DNA of 64,000 nucleotides from Bugula neritina (lineage: Eukaryota; Animalia; Bryozoa): contig OZ037765.1 in the NCBI GenBank assembly GCA_964035545.1, forward strand, positions 32,921,504 to 32,985,503. The letters run 5' to 3'. The position numbers and the translations under genes were made by a program. Shown in pieces: positions 20,180-34,493 of the stretch (within the stretch, counting starts at the first letter, position 1; each line of letters begins with the position of its first letter). The notes beneath the pieces are model-generated. The model made no database searches and was not told the DNA's origin. It worked only from the letters and a program-made list of their open reading frames with translations.

Positions 20180-23100
20180 CACAGAGAGAAATATTAGTGT
20201 TAGAGTGAACATTAGCTGACAACTAAAACCTCTCGTTTTTTGGATCCCTAAATTGACCAGCAGTGAATAGAAATTAGTGTCAGGTACTGTTCACAGTGAA
20301 TAGTATGTTAGATCAATGTTGATATAAAGAGTTGTGAAGTTGATTCTTTTTATTTGTCACAATAAGCCAAGTTATGTTCAATGGTGATCTTATATATGTT
20401 CAATGGTGAGTTTATATATTTTCAATGGTGATCTTATTTATGTTCAATGGTGAGCTTATATATATTCAACGGTGATCTTATTTATGCTCCATAGTGGTAT
20501 TATATATGTTGAATGATGATCTTATTTCTGTTCAATGATGATCTTAGATATGCTCAATGCTGAACTAAGTTATATTCAAAGCTGAACTTATAAATGTTCC
20601 ATGCTGCTCTGATTTTTGTTGGAAATAAGCTTCTGCAAAAATTATTACTGATCACTCTGAACTAACTTGTCATAACTTCTAACCGGTATGAGAGTATAGT
20701 AATGGGAATTTTATTGTATATGATAGTTGAATATAAGAAATGCAACAAAAAATAACTTCTAAAGATTGAAATAAAAAAAAACATGAAAATAAACATTTGC
20801 AGAATTTTTCTACGACTGTAAATTCAGTTAACTTTTCTCAATATTAGCAGAACCTGCTAAGACCATAGTGTGTGTCATTACATTCTTGCTCTGTAGTGTA
20901 GCAGTTGTAGTGTGTAATGGTTAGCACTCCGAGTGGTCAGGGAAGTCTGAAGGAGTAGTATAAAAAAGGCAGCTGAGTTCTTGAAAAGTGGGTAAGGTGT
21001 AGTGTCGAGAGCACCCAGTGACGCTTGTAATGTAGTGGTGAGTGCGCCTGCTTGCAGGCTGAAGGCCTCAGCATGATTCAAAGTTTTGTAACGGTCAAAC
21101 TTTTTTGTGTGCTCCTATTCAGCCTCTTTGAGTGCATGTTCTTAAAAAATGTTATGGGATCTACAACAAAAGATAAAAGTTGGGTAACATTTAAACTGTA
21201 TTAGTATGAACAGTAAACATTTGGTTAAGATATACAATCACAAGCAGCGTAAATAAATTAAGTTCAACTTTGAAGAAGCTGAAGTCTAAGGCCAAAACTA
21301 ATAGTATCGATGGTGTTAGCTATGAATCTTTCAGCATATTTTCAGCACCACCGTACCAATCGTTTGACTCTGAATAACCATACAGGCTTTGGCAAACTTA
21401 TAATCATTATGTTGCGTAGTGTTTGGGTTAGTTTGAGCTTATCAAAATTTAGTAACAATTTTGGCCATCATTTTATTTTACTTCTTTCTTAATTACAAAT
21501 GCAAGAGCTGTTGGGCATAATTAGTTTAGTTAATAGAAGCTTTCTCTGCATTAAAATGATCTTAAAATGTCAGTGAACCACAACTTAAGCTGGTGTCAGC
21601 ATTTTATATGGACCCCTCATATCGAGATAACAGATATTGATAAGTTTCAGTATGTCTATAAATTGAAAAACAAATAAAGTACTACCAAGAGAAATATTGC
21701 TACTTAAACATGTTTTTATATTTAATTGTGCTGTGCAAAGATAAATAAAAGAATAAACTGGTAGCACGGAAGTTAATAAATTTTTTTTGCCAACTCACCA
21801 CTAATATTGGCATTTTGGTACTTAGCTATAAAACAAGAAGCTAGCTTGGCAGCTGCTTAAGGCTAATAACTACTTGTAGGCTGCTAAACTGCATTATTAC
21901 CAATACTTCTACAATGGGGGGGGGGGGAATTCAAATTAATGAATTTAGCACAAATTGCTAGAAGGTGAAGTGGAAATAAAACGCTAAATTTTTTGAAAAT
22001 AGATTGTTACAGGAAAACTCGTATTAAATTGACATAGGAATAGAGTAGTTTGGGAAATATCAGTCAATGTGGTCTCTTAAAATTTATAGTTGCACAAATT
22101 CAATTATCTGTCTACAGCAAAAGTCATACTGTCATTGTGATATCAAATGACAGCGTTAAGCAAATGATTGAGCTTACCTTTTGCTGCAATGACAACTTCA
22201 GTTCCTAACTCTGAAAGAAAGTGATCATCTTCTATCTCTGAGAGGTAGCTGCGATCTTTACCCATGTGATGAAATGATTCAATGTTTTCCATGTTGTGAG
22301 GTTGTTTGAAAGCACAAATTCACTGAATCTCAAAGCACAACCTCTTAGTCTGAGCCTCTGGTGTTCACTATGCCGGCAGAATATTTCTTCCGTCAATAGC
22401 CGTGAATGAAAACTATGTGCTGTTATGTAATAACCTTTGTTTTGCGCTTTCGATGCTTGGTAAGCCAGTTTCTTGCCTTTGAATTACAATTTAAATATTT
22501 CCTTACTATAGCTCTGTTATGCAACATCTTCTTTTGTTCCGCCAGGTAGTTTACACAAGTTACTTATTAGGCTTTTGAAGTGGCTCACCTGATCCACAAT
22601 TGACTATTCAGTAGCTTGTTTCATTGTTAATTTTAAGCTTCTTGTTTGAAACACATTTGCTGATAATTGAGTACATTGGAGTTTAATGGTGCATCTCCCT
22701 GATCTCTCTTTTACACACATTTTAAATTAGTTGGCTTTCCTTTCCATGAATGAAATTGACTAGTGAAGCCTAAACTACCCATGCAAGAGATATGTGCAGT
22801 TGAAATTTTTTGTTGATAAATTCAACTTAAGTCTTTGATAAACGGAGTGGGGCAATGTTTAATAGTAGTCTGGTAACAAGCTATTTGAAAATGTTTTGGG
22901 TTCAAAAAAATTTTGAAATCATAAACAGCTAGTAGGTTGAAAGAGTTTCATTCCACTTATATGCTCCCTAGTTAGGTTGTATTTTTTGTTTTGGTACTAA
23001 GTTTTATATACCTATATACCCTTATATAACTTTCATATGAATCGCTAAACATAAAATAACCATTAATATGATATATTTGCAATAATATTTAAATTTTCCC

Positions 23101-23782
23101 AAATTTGTGTTGAAAAAAAGCATTAAATGCATTAATAATAACATTTTTTTAAAAGACAAAAAAAAAATATAGAAAATGCAAAATTAATAGGGTATGCAGA
23201 GCAAAGAAATTTTATTTGTGTGCCAATTATAAAAAGCAATTGACTCAAATTTATTTAAATACACATATATTTCAATGGTATTCAAATAAATTGCACGTAA
23301 AATGTATAAATAGCATCTAACTGGGAAGCACCAATTGAAATGACCCAAATGTAAGGTTCAACTCTATCCTAGCTTCCTATAAAGGTTTGTGATCATCATT
23401 AGTGCACATGTGAACGAATAATGTTGTTAGGTGAACAACTGCCAATTGTTCCATAATTCTTTTGTAAATTAAATTTTGCTTGAACATATGTAGTTGTAGC
23501 ATTGATCTCACTTTTTGCTCCTATCAACTACTGTTTAGCTTCATTCAGACCTAGGGATGATGATAACGTAATACTTGTGAAAAGTAGCGTTGGCTTAACA
23601 ACTAAGTGGTTTCAGAGCTACTACAAAATATTTTTCAGCTTACACTAATCGGATTAATTTTCAATTTCATTAAAATAAGTGCAGGTCTAACAACTATTAG
23701 AGGTGTGGTGCAGGCTATACTGACAATAAAAGGCTCTTTGAACAACTTTAGTGCAAGCGCTGCACTAATATTTCTCTCTGTG
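20180..23782 (+). mobile_element. Non-autonomous EnSpm/CACTA-like DNA transposon, copy 1
   Basis: 20-bp TIR CACAGAGAGAAATATTAGTG; 2-bp TSD AA; subterminal ~22-bp repeats; near-identical inverted copy at 59606-63276. Confidence 0.85.
20372..20620. repeat. Subterminal ~22-bp tandem repeats (GTTCAATGGTGATCTTATATAT)
   Basis: Degenerate tandem array; mirrored at about 62900-63085. Confidence 0.8.
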
Positions 23783-25247
23783 AATGAGCAGGAGGTCAAG
23801 AAGGAGGTCTCAAGTTAGGAGTTGTGGATTCAGCTTTCTTTAGCTTCATATCAAAGGGTAAAGGGGCTCAGGCTAAATTGGACTCTAATCTGTGTAGTTC
23901 AGGTCATGTGGCGGAGGGGACGACTAAAGAAACCGAAATTAGTCAATCTAATGATAGGAGAACTTAGTGTTGAGAGAATCTGTGTAAACATGTTAGTCAA
24001 ACTGTTCAGAGGAAATGCTGTACTTTATAGTAGACTGACTGTATTTATCATCATTGTCGGGTATTAATATAAAATATAAAACACTACATTGAATTGTATA
24101 CCTCAACATATATTCAGTTCTTCAATGTTATAATATTCAATAGTATTTTTTAATATTTCTCTTTATTGGTGAAGCAGTGAAATTTATCGGCGTTGTCCTC
24201 CTAATTTGAATATTTCCACAAACCGACAAGCTGACTATCCTGTATCTATGACATGGCAGATTGTCAATTTTCTCTATTAAATACAAGAATATAATTAACA
24301 TTTTCCTATCGTCTTCTGTAATTACAGGAAGCATACGTGGTGTAAATTACACTGAGTTGGTTACAGATATACTACAGTTTAATTTTCTTTTACCCAGAAA
24401 TAAGGTGGAATTACATTATAGCTGTTACTGCAGGGTTATATAAGACTTTAATAGCTGTTTTAGTATTTCAATTATATATGTCATGGGTCAATTTCTAACT
24501 GTTATTCTTATCCACTACAGTACACAAAATAATTTTTAAGATAGTTTGGAGAAGGAGCTATATGCATATACTTGTGAGTGAAAAAGCCATTTTGGTGTGA
24601 CTCCGTAACTCTTAGAACATAAACATATTGATTATGAAACCATGTAGCATGATTGAAATACATAGACTTCATGTTGACCTTTGATTTAACCTGCCATTAC
24701 CAGTGTCAATGTAACAGCTCTTTATTACATTAATACTACTTTATGTTTATAAGAATCTATATTTATGCAGTTGTTGTACTTTTAATTTCTTCTGTCCTTA
24801 TGTCTTATGGAATAGAATATAAAGCTGAGAGAATAGAAAGTGTATATAGTTGATATTACTCTACTGTGTTGCTGAGGAAGTAGTGAAATTACAAATTGAC
24901 TAGTGAGAAGTCAGTAACCTACCAACTGCTAGTCAAATTATTGATAAAATAAATATTTACTAGCTGGTGAATTCTAAGGTTCTGCTTTAGATCTTTAAGG
25001 ACTTTTATCTCAATAAACATGGCAGAGTATTTGAACAGCAGTATTTTATAGATAATGTGATTAATAATTAGTTATATAATCTGGTCCACTTAACCCTGTC
25101 TATGTATAGTAATTTAAATTCACCCATACATCATGTAAATTCTGACCATATATAATACATGTTACTTTTCTATTTTTAAAAGAATTGCTTGCTATATAGT
25201 AACACAAAAGCAAAATATAATATAGCTCAGTTATAAACTCATGCAAG

Positions 25248-25434
25248 TTTATAGTCACTATCCCTGTGAGAAACCCCTAATGGAAAGGTTTTTGTTTAAT
25301 CGGGCTAAGGACTTATTTGAATGAGGCACAGAAGCAATTATGTCTGGATGCTCTTTCTAACATCACCAATGGCCTTTGTCTGGGCTCAAACACATGAGGC
25401 AAACGTTCTAACCCCTAGATTACGGCTGCTCCCT
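25248..25434 (-). mobile_element. SINE copy (same family as 719-890)
   Basis: Reverse-complement homology; tRNA-like head agcagccgtaatctaggggttagaacg. Confidence 0.6.
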
Positions 25435-26021
25435 AATAAAACTCAGTTATATTACCTATAATAAATTCACTCTGCGCCAATTTCATTCTGTGATTTCTTC
25501 ATAGCCTATCAGTGCATTAGTGCATTAAATTCCTAAACAAACTTTCAAAATTCATGTTCAATTTTATTTCGTGAAAATCAATACACACATAGTAATTTCA
25601 TAAGAAATGAACCAGCAAAAACCTTGATGACATAAAAGTATATTCAACGGTCATATGTATGAGTACCATTACTTGAGACTAGCTAAATAGGGAAGAGAAT
25701 ATCATATGGTTAGTTGAATCAATATCACAGATACAGGAGAATTTAGTGACTAAACAATAATGGACTGTGAAATAAAACAAATATAAAAAGTAAATTAATT
25801 CATATGCATAAAAATAAATGTCATCATGTATTATATTATAAACAGCACAATTAAATAAAAATTTTGCATAAGAAAACAAATTGCATTTAAAAATGACTAC
25901 AAAATTGTATTAGTTATAACATCAATAATATCACGAATATTTGGAAGAATGTATCACTAATGAGACACAAAGTAATGTTGGGGGGGCTCTAAGATGCACA
26001 CCTCTGGTTTAAGTTCTCAGT

Positions 26022-26365
26022 CTAAGTATGAATAATGGTTCCTTCACTTACAGCTTTCTGTTTCTTTTTTTTTCTGAAGCTGAGATAAGACAAAATACCT
26101 CTTTTACCAGAAACACTCTTTTTATCTCTGTTTCCATTTCTGGTTGATCCAAACGCCCAAACTTCTACCTTCCAGCTGTTGTTCTCATGACACTTTCTAA
26201 TGACCAAGTCAAATATATGTTTACACTGAGCATTACTGGAGAGGTCTATGAATAGATGTTGACAAGTGTTTTCACTAGAAATACCAGGTGGTAGTTGGTA
26301 CTTTGTAAAGTTCTCTTCTACTCCCCATAAGTTTCCTATTACTATTACAGGTACTCCATCACATT
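26022..26365 (-). CDS. Ras-family small GTPase-like gene, terminal exon
   Basis: tttaccAG|aa; ECDGVPVIVIGNLWG...HLFIDLSSNAQCKHIFDLVIRK...RKKKKQKAVSEGTIIHT*; phase 1 matches the upstream exon. Confidence 0.75.
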
Positions 26366-27365
26366 CTGGTAAAATAAAAAAAAACTGAAATAGTAAACCA
26401 CGATAACAATAATAGTAACAGTAAGAAAAATAGACAATACAAAAATAATAAAAATAATAATTTAAATTGCACTGTGTTACAAATATTGCCGCCTAACTAT
26501 CGCTATGCAATTATTACCTCCATTAATTTATAAGACAAGCCTAGCACAAAATATTTTGCCATAATTTATATCAATTATACAGTATTATTTTTTTACAGCT
26601 AAAGATCGAAGCAAATTGAATTGAATTGAATTGAATTGAAGGAAATAGAATCATGTAGTTAGTTCATGGTAAGTTTCAAACACGAGCTAATAAATCAACA
26701 AATTTCATAACAAGAAAGTTATTATTAGATGAAAGTAATAAATAAATATAATATAGTAATAATAATATGTTTACAATTATTGAAATTTAGACATAAGTTC
26801 CTAACACTAATATACAATTATATAATATTAGTATATATATCACATAATCCCCTGGTAATATGAGTTTATAAGTCATCAGTTCTATATATATCATATCATC
26901 ACTAATTCTGACTACATGGGTCTTGCTATAATCTCAATGCTGACTATTTTTATCTCATGTTATTTTTACACTCTGCCCTAATTACTAAGAGAAAATATTA
27001 ATCTTCTAATCAGAGATAAATTATCAAATAATATCATGATAAAACCTCGGGTAGTTTCAGCAATATGTGGCTTTAAACACTTTTGTTGGATCTGTTGCAT
27101 GTAAGTTAAATGTAAGTTGCTGTACAGAAAGGATATAAAAGATGTATAATGACTTACAGTGACTTACATCAAACATGTTAATCACTGCTGAATATTTTTC
27201 ACAGTCATACTTGGTCTAATATTTTCATTGATTATTATTTTGACATTTCATAAAAACTAATGAAAAACCTTCCAATCAAATGGTGGCCACGCAATGATAA
27301 TTCCATTAGCTTGAGAAAAATTTTAACTAGATGTTCATGTAAGAAGGAAAGGGGTCAACACGTAC

Positions 27366-27558
27366 CTCTCATCTGCTGGACTTGTTTCATGAGGCTACTA
27401 GCTTTGACTCTACTGCTAGCATTGCTCACATTGTACACAATAATGATGGCAGTTGCTGAACAAATCCTCAACTCCTTCATAGCCGGAAAGTCCATGGCAC
27501 CCGCTGTATCCACCAGGTTGACAGTTTTATATTTACCATCTGCAACATACAACCAGTG
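27366..27558 (-). CDS. Ras-family (Rhes/DIRAS-like) GTPase exon with G3 motif
   Basis: ttataAG|cac...gagag|GTacgt; VNLVDTAGAMDFPAMKELRICSATAIIIVYNVSN matches D-T-A-G...FPAM...IIVY; P-loop exon not found. Confidence 0.8.
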
Positions 27559-27663
27559 CTTATAATATACATGACAATATAGCTATGATATATACAGCAA
27601 TATACGTTTAATATGTATGACAGTGTAACTATAGCATGTGACAATATATCTATAACATATATG

Positions 27664-27666
<3 letters not shown>

Positions 27667-27718
<52 letters not shown>
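27667..27718. repeat. (TA)n microsatellite
   Basis: Perfect dinucleotide run. Confidence 0.95.
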
Positions 27719-27721
<3 letters not shown>

Positions 27722-30700
27722 GGCATAATTTCACAGTATCTCGTCCTCAGACATAACACTTATGTATCAATACGAGATACATTACATCATAATTAAATGT
27801 TGTCTATCGGCAAAAATTTTGCAGTAGCCAATCATAGTACTATAACAGGGCAGTCTGAGTGTAGTATCTCGTTTATCGGCATAATTATAATAGCCCGTAG
27901 TTGAAGATGGAGTTGGAAGCTTTTGAAATACCTCCCGCATATAATAGCATTTATGCTAGTCCTTAAAACTAAATAAACATTATGGTAGACCAATAATCAT
28001 GAAAGCTCTACTCATTTGTAACTGGAGGATTTGCAGCACCACAATACTAAATTTCTTGCATTGGAGGTGCTTAGGCTGTGTTGTCATAGTTATATGTACT
28101 TATTGGGGCTTGGTAGAAAATTAAACCTGACAATTATAAGGATTAAAGTATTATTGCTGTGGTTTCAACTGACCAACTTTGGAGTTATTATCTCGATTCT
28201 TTGTCAGGAATGGTTAGATAATTTCATGCAATAACGAGTTTTGGCTTTATATCATTATAAATAATGAGTTTTGGCTTTATATCATTATAAATATCTACAT
28301 TGATGGCAGCACTGAGCTAGAATTCTAATATCTTTTCAAGCTCATTGGGTGGCAGCTTATCGGCTAAATTTTATGCAGATATTGAATAATGTGGTTTGAT
28401 AGTTATGCTATATTGTTAGGTTCACAAGCATCTTTAAAAAGTTATAATTATTGCGTTGACCATAGGTCAAAAAATTACCTAAAGAGAGGGCAGACAACTC
28501 CAAAAGATTGTTTTCGCAGAAGCAAGTAAAATTCAGCTAAACTGAATACTCCAACTGATCAACATTTTCATCTATTGAAATTGAAGAAAAGTTAAATATT
28601 ATTATACTATTCTAATCGTGAATAGGCACAAGCTAAAAAGATATTTATTTCAAAAAATATAAAAAGTAAAGTAACACAACAATGTTTGCAAACGCAGACC
28701 TAAAAATGTGAATATTCTAGCTTGAAATTAAGTCTGAAATTCAGACTTTTCTAGGTTGAATTGACTTTAATTGACTCACCAGAAAAAACAATTAATAAAA
28801 TTATAAAGACAAGCATATAATGAAAAATGTAGTTCATTAGCAAAACTGGAGGAAAGCACTTTTTTTTCTAGAAATTGTTCGATTACATAATACATTTTTG
28901 TGCAAATGATATTTTTTAATAAAATGAAACTGTTGTATTGTTTGGCTAGATGAAGTTTCAAAAGTATTTTTAGTATTTTCTCAAATAAAGTAGACATGCA
29001 CTCCATTTTCACATTTTTTGGCAAAACATATGATTGGGATTCAGTAGTCAATCAGTTAAGCTTGACACAAGGAGTTGTCACATCCATCCTAAAGAACAAG
29101 ACCATCTACAATAACAAACATGGAAAGTACTTAAAATTACATTTAAGTTTACAATAATCCTTAAAATATATGTTGCCTTCTGCAAATGCTAAATAAAACA
29201 CGATGTAATGCTATGTTTACTTAGACTAAATCTTGCTGACTTACAATGAAATTCATTCATTTCAATTTGAAAATTCCTGTCAATAACTTGACTCTATGCT
29301 AACAACTAATTGTAATACCAAAATCACACTGCTACTTTTAGTTTAAGGAATTTATTTTCATTATTAGTTCAATATTCAGCAGAGGTTTTTCTTTAATGAA
29401 CAAACAATAGGCATACATGCAGATGAAAGATTAGGTCTAGTGAATACTAATTTTGTGCCTAACAAAAAAAAATGAAAGACTGCATGAAAAACTAACAACT
29501 CTAAAAAATTGCAATTTGAATGAGGCTCAGGCTTTTAGGTGAGCAAGAGTAACCAGAAGAGCTACTTTAATGGAAGAAATTACTGACTGATTGTGTAGTT
29601 GCAGGCTGCATGATGTGTTTTGATTGTCACAACCACTTTTGAAAAGGGAAAATCCATTAAATTAAGACTACTGGCAAACAACGGAACGATAAGGAAAAAA
29701 TACCAAGTAGAAATTCACTTCTCAAAGCAAACTGTAGTTAATACATTATAGATGCTTAGAAGAAGCAGGCAATAGTGAATGCTATATAGTGTAGATCAGG
29801 ATTCTATACAATGACAAGTAAACTGAAATTCCAGTGCACTTTGAAACTACTTGTAAGAATGGGCTTAGTGCTTTATAGGGCCTTGAAATTTTTTCAAGTC
29901 TAATTGGCACCATGCTATTAGAATTCGCAGAGAGATGACCCTTTAAACTTTCACTTTAAACTTTAATACCATCACGATTTTCAGTAAGAAATTCAATTTA
30001 TCTAGGTCTGAAATTTCACCGAGTTGCATTGCAAGCCGCTGGTCAAAATGTTTAGTTTGTGATAACTTAATCAGCTGATTTCAGAATAACAATCATTGGG
30101 AATGACATCTTCATGTAGATATAGATATTTATGCTTATAATTATATCGGCTGCCTTCATCAATCATCGATACTATGCTGCCAAATCAACTAATTAATTAC
30201 AGTTGGAAACTTCAAAGGGCATTGAATAGCAATTAAGCAAGTTATACTTTTAATATTACAAAAAGAACTTATGCATCAATATGATTTAAAATATAGGTGG
30301 GCACTCCGCTAGTGATATTAACTGAAACTGGAACTTTTTTCATGCAGGAAAAGCAAAAACGCATCTCAACAGAAACCTAAAAATTTCCAGCACACTTTAT
30401 GCTTTGACAACACGCACACAATAACTTCGTTTATGGTACAAACCTTTTTGTTGATTGTTTTCCAACATTTTCACTAGAGCAAAGCCGAAAGAAATTTGGA
30501 AACTGCATAATGATGCCAGCCACCGTGGCATCATCTTCTCTGGAAAATTATTGACAAATCATCACCCAAAAACTTCAGCAAAGCCTCCATCAATAGTATG
30601 TAATACTTTAGGTGAAACTAAAAAGAAAGAGACAATATTTTCGTGTAATTTAACCCATCAATAAACGCATCAATAGTTAGTGTGGCCACGGTTTAAACCT

Positions 30701-31666
30701 CATTAATTTCATGCTATTTAAGGCTTTTACAACTTAAAAGATGTAATTCATCTGCAAGAGAAATGTTAGGTATATGAAATGAGTAGAAGTGCAAAAGCAA
30801 TCAGGTATTAAGGAAGGAAGAGTTAGTAGGTGTACTTTGACTTGCGATAAATCAATGTGATACCAGATGTGAATTTTGAGGTGTGTTTACTCCAATCTCA
30901 CTGAAAAGGTAGAAATAGCTAAATTTACGAGACACACAATATTTTATAAAATACTGCACATTCATTAAAACTTTATAAAACTCTAGTGTGAAGGGTGACT
31001 CACACTTTTAAACCGTCGATGAGCTAAGTTGTAAACGTTTGATGAGAACCTTTTACTCTATAAATTTATGCAATATAAAATACTCTCCACATATTCAACA
31101 GCTACGAAGTTTTGTTGAAGATAAACTTCCTCAACAAATATACAGAAAAAAGCTATTTGAAAGCCAAATTTCATTAGCATATGATAAGATTATTTGTGTT
31201 TCATCTTTATAAACAATGATTTAGTCATTTACCGGATAACTAATGATTTCACTTTGTTTTTCATTCAATAAAAACTAAGTGTAGTTGGTATTAAAAACAG
31301 CTTTCATTTCTCACTTTTTTTCTCACCCTAATCTGCGTAGGCAAACAATTGGTTTGTTTCAAACACCACAACAGTAAAGCGTGACAGCATAGCCAGTGGA
31401 GAAAACAATCATCTATACTGCTGGATCAGTGGCAACTTGTGAGTGTGTCAGAGTAGTGTCTTGTTGTGTGACTCTACAAATAAATTATGAATTTGAATAT
31501 ACTACAAAGTTGCAAACATTGTTTTAACAAAACACAGCATTTATTTGATATTATATGTAAAGCTTAAGTTGGTACAATATATATTAAATAAATTTTAGCT
31601 TTCCTTTTGGATACTCTGAAACAAAATAAAAAAAAAAACCAAAATTGGGTAAAGCCATGCAAACTA

Positions 31667-31967
31667 GAGAGAGAAAGAGAGTGGGAGAGGGGGGGTGGGA
31701 GAGAAAGGTTAGGAGAGAGGATGGAAGAGAGATGGGGTAGAAGAGAGAAAGGGAGAGAGTCAGAGAGATAGTGGAAAAGGGAAGAGAGAAAGGTTAGGAG
31801 AGAGAGAAGGTGGGAGAGACGGAGAGTGGGAGAGAGAGAGAAGGTGGGAGAGACAGAGGGTGGGAGAGAGGGAGGGTGGGAGAGAGGGAGGGTGGGAGAG
31901 AGGGAGAGAAAGAGAGAGAGGTTGAGTGGAAGGTGTGGGAGAAAGAGACAGAGAGAGGAGTGAGAGA
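31667..31967. repeat. GA-rich polypurine low-complexity tract
   Basis: About 300 bp almost all G/A with gtgggagag units. Confidence 0.9.
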
Positions 31968-34493
31968 GCTTCCAAACTAACACCATTGACTTAAAAAATG
32001 TTGATAAAAACTGCAGCAAGTCTTTAAAAACGATGCTAGCAAGTTCAAAGCTCACTATAACTTTCAAAATCAATAAAATGTCAAGTTCCAAAAACTCATC
32101 TGCGAGCAAAAAATAGTTACAGAGACAACCAGGTATTGGGCAAGAGCCAGCTAATAGGAGTACCTTTTTAGATAAACTGCATGCAGGCACAGTGAGATAG
32201 CATCGGTGAGTTGTGTCTTCATTTTAATTTCCTAAAAATGAACATAAACAAATGCTAGTAATGAAAGTTTTCAGGGTTATTAAGGGTGCAATTTTATCAC
32301 TAAACATCATAGCAATAGCAAAAATTGCTCAGTACAAATTTAAGAAAAATTTCTTTCATCCATTACATAATACCCGAAATCAAATCCATTTATTCAATTC
32401 ATCAAGCTGAAAAACCAAGAATAATCAGAAAGACAGTAAAATCACTTTCTAGTAAAAAACAGCTTTAGATCATAATTGTTGGGTTCAGCTCTTAAGCGAA
32501 GACGCCGATGCACTGAAATACGAAAAAGATCAGCATACTTTTGACTGTCACAAAATTTATTTTACGTGCAACAGACATTTTAAGGTCACCCGCCACCCGC
32601 GCATGACCACGTTGGTGAAAGGTGACCAGATATTTTAAGGTCAATCAAAATCAAGCAAAGTTCATCGTCATATTGCTTACTGCTTAATGCTGCAGCTTAT
32701 TTTTGCTTACCAAGTTTCTTTCTGCAGAATAATTGTAGCTAGCTTCTCGATTTGCCATCTTTATTCCAGTCCAGGTTCAAATGACATCTTGATCGTTGCA
32801 AATATCCATGCAAGCTAAAAAATATTTATCAATCAGTACAACAACAGAAATACTTACAATGATCCAAATATTACTATTACATTACTATAACATTACACAG
32901 TAACACTATGTTTATAATTGTAATACGGAAGCATGACTTTGTGGTAGTTTGATATGCTATAGCAAAAGGTAGAAAAATCAACTGAAAAACCGACAGAAAT
33001 AATCAAGTACAATTAACTAAAGTAAATAAACTTACTGAATAGTAGATATTTTACTATACTTAGTGAATTGATTTACTTCCACTAGGTTTACTTTCATGAT
33101 TAAATGCTTCTGTCTATTTTCCAGTTTATAGGAATATATTAAAAGTGAAACCAATTATAATTACTATTACCTTATCTAGTTTTGACTATATATTTTTCAC
33201 AAATATAAACATAGTTATATGCGTATTCCTATTGTGACTGCAGATACCATTGCAGTAACTGAAATCAAACTTCATTCTACTTCAAGTTTCAAACATTGTC
33301 CCAGTTCAAAGACTAACAAGTAAATAATTAATAACTGTGAAAGCTCCAATAAGTTACTTCATTATTAAATAAGATACAACTGATTCTACTGTATATGATA
33401 CTATGGTATCTGTATTAAATTAAAACGTAATTATGAAAATCAAAAGTTGTATTTTGAGCACTTATATTATAGTAATTAAATTAACAGCTTAAAATAGGCA
33501 CATTAAACCATGATTGGAATTTTTATCCATTTATCTTTATAATTATATTTATTCTTTATTCTGAAAGTTGACCCAACACTGGTAACAAAACTAAAAGTAA
33601 TTGATTAAGTATGATTTATTCTTACACACTTTACCATTATATTTAGTCTTCCTGACTTTCAGTCTGTCATAGTGATTACTACTATATGAAAATGACTTTG
33701 ACTTAGGAGTCATAATTATAGTCAGAGTGTTGATAAGTCAACAGTGTAGGATTAACACAGCACTAGACTAGTACTACCTCCAGCTTTCAAGTTTATGTTA
33801 GGGTATCTCTAAGACTAAAGAGTAACCCTAATAATGTAAGCAAAGAGCAGTGAGTAATAAGCATGCTATTCAACTTCAAGTTTCACTAGTACTATTGTTA
33901 AGATTTTCAGATTTAAGGTTGATGTGCTATCCAGAGAGTCTATTTATCTACTATAGAACTACACCAGGATAAGTCGAGTGAACGAGTATATTTTACACAC
34001 AACTATACATTATAAAAACACGATACATTATTTCCAAACAAGTTACACATCTAATCTATTTCACACTCTAGCTTCGACTGAGTTAGCAGCGGGAAACTAC
34101 AATTGCTGCTAACTATCAACTACGCTAATTGGCTATCCATTGTTCCGGGTCAATTACGCGACCCTACATGTTGTGCTGCTGGTAGTTCCACGAACCACCA
34201 CACCGCCCCCACCAGCAGAAAGCCATCTTTCTGATATATATATATAAAAAAACATTCATTAGTAACCGCATACATCAGTGGACAAAAATAACACATAATA
34301 TACAGGAAGAGACATAGTAATAAACAGAGTCATCATAACGATCCGTTGCATACAATTGGCCAGCTGTAGATAGACGAGGAATACTAGCTAGCTGTGGTGT
34401 TAGACAGGGGATAACCTGTTAAGCAGTTAAACATTTGCATGACATCTTGGGTCCTCCCAAGATGTGAAGTCGCGGAGTATTCTGGGTAGCCAA

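Noticed and set aside
27477-27734. ORF with IYIYIY run
   Set aside because: (TA)n microsatellite within an intron
30444-30540. SSENVGKQS as the missing P-loop exon of the Ras-like gene
   Set aside because: Lacks the first Gly and the S/T, no switch I follows, and the phase is incompatible
31564-32190. 208-aa Leu/Ser/Pro-rich ORF
   Set aside because: Translation of the GA-rich low-complexity tract
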